Below, one piece after another: positions 59,801 to 64,000 of a DNA stretch of 64,000 nucleotides. The notes under the pieces were generated by a model. The model saw only the letters and a program-made list of their open reading frames with translations, had not been told where the DNA came from and did not search any database. The stretch lies in the NCBI RefSeq assembly GCF_000002075.1, contig NW_004797424.1, positions 666,020 through 730,019 of the forward strand. Reading direction: 5' to 3'. The DNA is from Aplysia californica (lineage: Eukaryota). How positions within the stretch are numbered: position 1 is the first letter of the stretch; every line of letters starts with the position of its first letter. The translations under genes were made by a program, and so were the position numbers.

Positions 59801-62800
59801 CTATGTTGTAGATTTTGCCTATGTTCTCGTGGATGGTTGGAGGGTGTTACTGTTGGGTTTTACTTCTTTTTTCCCCCTCTTTTGGTTCTATCTTTCTTAC
59901 TTTTTCCTGTGGGTATTTAGCAGGTGCTCTGGTGTGGTCTGCTCCTTCTTGCCCATCAAACATCTGTTGTCCTTATCTTCCCTCCTTGTATTTGTATGTT
60001 ACTCTCTTGTAACATCTCTAATCTTTTGCGCTTGTATGACTTATTTGGGTTGGAAGTGCTATAAAATTTAATAAAAATTACTTTTACTCTGTATTATATG
60101 TGAGGCGTGTTGACAAAATGAGTTACTTCTCAGATTTGAGCCTTATGGAAAAAGAAACACACGCTTATAGGTGAAATTGGTACAATTAATAAGTATGAAA
60201 TAATAAAAGGCATGTTTACTCAAAGAATAAAACATCAATAGAAAATCTACAAATTTGATCCTGGTGTCAATTTTTGGCCAAAATCTCCGTTTGTGGATGA
60301 AGAGAAGTAACTCCTTTTTTGTCAGCACGCCTCACATATGACCCTTATTGTGTCAACTTGCTACTCTGTAGTCAAATATCAACGTTACAGTTTTGGTTTT
60401 AGACTCACCATTCTGTGAAAGAGGAAACTATTTTATTTCCAGTTTAATGTTTTTCCATCTGTTCATTTATTCTTTCCTCTTCCCTTTTTCCACAGACGGT
60501 CAACACGTACTTCTCGGAGGTCCAGGACTTGTCCAAGGAGCTGGGCAAACAGCTGTGGGTCATCATTCAGCGCACGCTCATGTCTGTGAGACGCGAGCCC
60601 ACACTCATCTGCACCGCGCTGAGAATTGTGGAGCGAGAGGAAAGGTGAGTGGGTTTTTTTTGTGTGACACGTTTGTAAAAGTTTTTGTATTTTGTATTAT
60701 ATAACCCACAGTAAAGGTTTGTGCACTTTTTTTAATACAGGGTTTTTTGTAATGCCATTAAACTTAAGAGGCAAGACCTCCTAATTTAATGACTATCTCT
60801 CAAATGCTATGTATAGTCAACCCTTCTATATGGCTGTGAATGTTGGACAATCACTAAAGACAGTGAAAATAAAATAGAAGCAACAGAAATGTGGTTTCTT
60901 GGGAGACTACTGAAAATATCGTGGAAGGAAAAGAAGTCAAATGAGGTAGTGCTTGATGAAGCTCACGTGGGACGCTCCCTGTTAAAAACAATCAGGAAAC
61001 GACAAATGCAGTTTTTGAGACACCTGAATAGACATAAAGGCCTTGAACATCTAGCTCTCACTGGCAAAATTGAAGGAATAGGTAGGCCCAAAGCAACCTA
61101 CTTAAGGAACCTAAACAAATGGGTAACAGGGAATGATCAGAGAAACGTAGCTTTTTCAAGATCATCCAAGCAAAGGAATGAATGGAGAACCATGATCGCC
61201 GATGTCTGTGGCAGATCTGGCTCTGGATGATGATGATGATATCTCCTATGGGACTGAGCTAAGTGGCTGGGGAGCCTTAAAAGCTCCATAAAACAACCCT
61301 GTTTGGGATTCGATCTAGGATCATCCACTCCACAGTCCAGCATGGAAACATCTGAGCTATCCACTTGCAGGCGGTGGCGATGGATCAGACATACCCTCAG
61401 GAAGTCGGACAGCTGCATAACAAAGAAAGTGTTGGATTGGAATCCATAGGGTAAAAGATCAAGGGGGAGACCGTGTGGAACCTCTTGAAGAATCACAGAA
61501 ATTGATATAGAGAAAAGTGGGAAGACATGGAATAACATCAAGATGTGAGCCCAGGATAGAGAAAGGTGTAAAGTGTATGTCTGTGGTCTATACCCTGGTG
61601 CAGGGTGAGAAAGGCAACGATGATGGTCACTTGCAGTTGTATATATTCTCCTTTTCTCACCCCTCAGAATGGATGTAGCCTGGACACGTAAGTGCGATCA
61701 GACAGGATTCATGCCACCAGGACGACCCAAACAGTGGCGGGCGAAATGTTTTGAGGTCCTGGAGACTTCCATCTCTGCCAGGTAAGTGTTGTCTTTCATA
61801 TTTCTTGATATTCAATGTGTTAAATAGTTATGTGGCGCTTTGCACTTTAAAAAAAAAATTCTTGTCATTGTTTGGAGTCCTGTTGTCTTTTTCAGCATTT
61901 TTGTCGATACTCAACCTTTCCTGGTGACTTTCATAATCTTCTCTTAATGGTTAGAGGTCACTCTCGTATGGTCTGCTCCTGCTTCTTCCTTTCATGCTAA
62001 TTTATTCCTGGCTTGATATTGTGATTATTATATGAACTCACTGTAAATCACTGAATAACACGTTGAACTCCCATGCTCTGTAGTTCGTGTGGGATATGCA
62101 GAGAAAAATATTCTTGGTACGTCATCTGCCTCTTCTTTCCTTTTGTCTGTCTTCTTTTATTTCAATGCAACGACTGAGAAGGGCAGATGATAGTGGGCAC
62201 CATTGATAGGTCCTACTGTTTTTTTTCTTTCCCTCTGTTGCTTATGTTTGTCTGCGTCGCATTCTGTATTGTTCCTTTTGGTCGTTTTCATACGCAAGTT
62301 CGTCTGTGTACTTCCCGACTAAAACCAAAGAACTAAGCCCTGTAGTCTGCCTCTCTAACAGGCTATTCCTGTCTTTGTTAAACTTGTACAAGTTGGTAGT
62401 TGGCGGGTACTCTGGTGTGGTTTGCTCCATCTTTCATATCAAACATCTATCGTCCTTATCTCTCCTCCTTTTGTTTTGTGTTTGTTACTCTCTTGTAACA
62501 CTTCTAATCTTCGGCACTTATATAACCTTATTGTTTTGCAGTGGCCATAAAACGCTTGCTGAAACTGAAACAAAACTCGTACAAAATTATACAATTCTAT
62601 CTCAAAAAGAGAATGCTGCCCAGTGGTGACCGGTAATGTTTGCTTTTCTTGTTGGTGTGATATAATGCACCATGTGTCACTGGTGTAACTTCTGTATTAC
62701 TTTATGAATGCCATCTATTTCCCATTGTGAATGAAATTTCCACATAGAGATCCTTAGATGTTTTTAGTATTATTGTTTTTATTATTATTGTCATAATATA

Positions 62801-63136
62801 ATAATGATTATTATTACTATTATTATTATTTATTCGTTTTTTAAATTATTATGATCACTAATATTATTTTATTATCATTATTATTATTAATATTATTGTT
62901 ATTGTTGTTATTTTTATTATTATTATTATTATTATTGTTGTTTTTGTTTTCATCCTCATTATCAGACTTTCATCGTCATCATCATTATTATTAATTATGA
63001 TTGCTGTTATTTTTTGTGTCCTGTGAGTAGGATTGAGGGTAGCCAGCTGGAGACGCGAGACCAGAACAAGATGTGGCTGGTCAGACACTTGGAGATCACA
63101 CGCCAGATCATGATAGATGACCTCAAGGTGGTCAAG
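50751..63136 (+). CDS. EXOC3: Exocyst complex component 3 (Sec6), 5' part, exons 1-9; continues beyond the window
   Basis: The spliced frame is open and contains [75 protein letters not shown] and KMWLVRHLE, all characteristic of Sec6/EXOC3. Confidence 0.95.
51154..52609 (-). mobile_element. Internally deleted pogo-like (Tc1/mariner superfamily) DNA transposon
   Basis: 22-bp perfect TIR CGGTTGCCCCTTACCAGCCGCC; TA on the left, TTA on the right; ORF 51516..52034 encodes a K/E coil plus a truncated PHD-like finger (CFEC...WIGCD). Confidence 0.78.
52627..53410. mobile_element. Mutator-like non-autonomous element
   Basis: 9-bp TSD TTTAGTTTT (52618, 53411); imperfect TIR GG...CTATTCTCACCC; internal duplication. 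Confidence 0.8.
53464..53681. mobile_element. MITE-like element with degenerate (CCCTAA)-like interior
   Basis: 22-bp IR AGGACTTCCGTAAYGAGAGACC; related fragments at 2800-2897 and 3480-3535. Confidence 0.65.
53878..54404. mobile_element. Mutator-like MITE
   Basis: TIR AGTTAACTCGTCACACGGTGAA; TSD TTGGAGAAG (53869, 54405). Confidence 0.8.
55362..55418 (+). CDS. EXOC3: EXOC3 exon 2
   Basis: [23 protein letters not shown] bounds. Confidence 0.93.
55870..55982 (+). CDS. EXOC3: EXOC3 exon 3
   Basis: [29 protein letters not shown] bounds. Confidence 0.94.
56958..57048 (+). CDS. EXOC3: EXOC3 exon 4
   Basis: LDEIEENYR...ENSRFCQ, phase-consistent AG/GT bounds. Confidence 0.88.
57208..57884 (-). mobile_element. 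piggyBac-like internally deleted element
   Basis: TIR TCTTTGAAGACGC with TTAA on the left; ORF 57460..57678 is an acidic remnant resembling a transposase N-terminus. Confidence 0.6.
58151..58330 (+). mobile_element. SINE-like family A
   Basis: TSD-like TATTCAAA; ~40 nt before EXOC3 exon 5. Confidence 0.87.
58369..58475 (+). CDS. EXOC3: EXOC3 exon 5
   Basis: [16 protein letters not shown]...GKLLQAHK. Confidence 0.93.
58528..58706 (+). mobile_element. SINE 3' fragment with an L2-type tail
   Basis: TGTAAAGTGCATTGAG...GCGCTATACAAAT followed by (ATT)n. Confidence 0.55.
59571..59652 (+). CDS. EXOC3: EXOC3 exon 6
   Basis: [16 protein letters not shown] bounds. Confidence 0.92.
59908..60078 (+). 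mobile_element. SINE-like family A
   Basis: Consensus match. Confidence 0.78.
60096..60339. mobile_element. Unclassified MITE
   Basis: ~36-bp TIR ATATGTGAGGCGTGYTGACAAAA..GAGTTACTTCTC. Confidence 0.75.
60496..60644 (+). CDS. EXOC3: EXOC3 exon 7
   Basis: [17 protein letters not shown]...VRREPTL...ALRIVEREE. Confidence 0.94.
60800..61240 (+). mobile_element. RTE LINE 3' fragment (same family as 24560-24935)
   Basis: LLYGCECWT...EMWFL...GRPK; (GAT)n tail. Confidence 0.85.
61245..61365 (-). mobile_element. tRNA-derived SINE 5' fragment
   Basis: Reverse complement shows A/B-box-like TAGCTCAGATG and GATCGAATCC; related sequence at 63712-63766 (+). Confidence 0.5.
61370..61626 (+). mobile_element. 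RTE LINE 3' fragment (second family)
   Basis: [12 protein letters not shown]...[13 protein letters not shown]. Confidence 0.7.
61668..61781 (+). CDS. EXOC3: EXOC3 exon 8
   Basis: [18 protein letters not shown] bounds. Confidence 0.94.
62393..62573 (+). mobile_element. SINE-like family A
   Basis: Consensus match; TSD-like AAACTyGTACAA. Confidence 0.85.
62768..63010. repeat. Degenerate (ATT)n low-complexity tract
   Basis: Direct reading. Confidence 0.85.
63031..63136 (+). CDS. EXOC3: EXOC3 exon 9
   Basis: [36 protein letters not shown]. Confidence 0.94.
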
Positions 63137-64000
63137 GTCTGTTCTTCTTCTTCTACTGCGTTCTGTTTGCCAGATCTGAACTCTGGAGTAGGTGACTGGA
63201 AGTCCCTCAACTCAAATGGAGTCAGATTTTGATGTGCAGATTGATTGCTTAGTGTAAAACTCTGTCATAAACCATACATTTTGAAATGCATCAGATTAGA
63301 TCCATGGCCCCAGTACATTAGTAATATCAGTGCAAATAATTTCATTCTATTGCTGATGGTGCAGCACCTTTATTTTCATCTTTCAGCTAAGTTATATTTT
63401 GTTCCTTAAGGACATATCCCACAGACTGCCTGTCTCAAAGCACTGTGTTAATAATTATGACAGCAGTGTACCAGCCACAGTTGTTGGCTGGCTGGTAAAG
63501 TGAGGAGGGCAAGGATAGTGAAGGAGCAAAGGAAGAGTTTTAAAGATAAAGTTTGAGGTCACGGATTTCCTGAGAACAGGTCATCCAATCTGGTGTGCAT
63601 TGAATTGTAGTTCTGGGGAAAGAAGTAGGCACACAGTTAGCTTGGCTGGAATTATGCTGAACTACGCAGATGATAGCCCTGGCTTGACTCCCCAATTGGG
63701 TGTTAAGAGCTCCGGTTGTTTTAGGGAGTTTTTAAGGCTCTCCGCCTATTTAGCTTGGTCCTATCCAAGATGGACACTTAATTTGAAAGTCCCGCATCTT
63801 TACTCTTTATCTCCCCACTATGCTTGGGTCCTCTTTTGGTACTAAATCTAAAAATGACAAAATCCTCACTAAATGGGTCATTAAATCAAAACAAGTGTAC
63901 CTATTTTGATAGTTCTTCATCTAATGAATGAACTCCCGATAAGAGAGATCAAAGTCGTCGTAAAGGATTTCGGCTCACCGGCACAGGGGTTCCGACCGTG

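Overview
This is eukaryotic (metazoan) genomic DNA, probably from a mollusc or other lophotrochozoan; that taxon call is an inference from the SINE types and simple repeats. It holds two intron-rich genes on the + strand. (1) A complete NPC1 (Niemann-Pick C1 lysosomal cholesterol transporter) gene: 26 coding exons from 707 to 41086, all introns GT-AG and phase-consistent, 4017 nt or 1338 aa, followed by a probable long 3' UTR. (2) The first 9 coding exons of EXOC3/Sec6 (50751-63136), which continues past the window. The introns carry many transposable elements: RTE-type LINE fragments, a tRNA-Glu-headed Deu/Nin-like SINE, and MITE-sized or internally deleted DNA transposons of Mutator, PIF/Harbinger, piggyBac, pogo, hAT and Kolobok type. 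The most unusual features are: (a) a ~175-bp SINE-like family with no Pol III boxes, a fixed G-rich 5' end, covarying RNA stems, near-total sense orientation and clustering beside splice sites; (b) tandem duplications of exon/intron junctions at three NPC1 exons; (c) an NPC1 cytosolic tail with a PPxY motif in place of the vertebrate dileucine; (d) promoter-proximal expansion of the palindrome AGATCT. There are four assembly gaps (8690-8866, 21556-21712, 30854-31276, 49766-49908). No prokaryotic features, CRISPR arrays or true tRNA/rRNA genes were found. Coordinates were read by hand: exon bounds are exact to the splice dinucleotides, and repeat bounds without a TSD are approximate.
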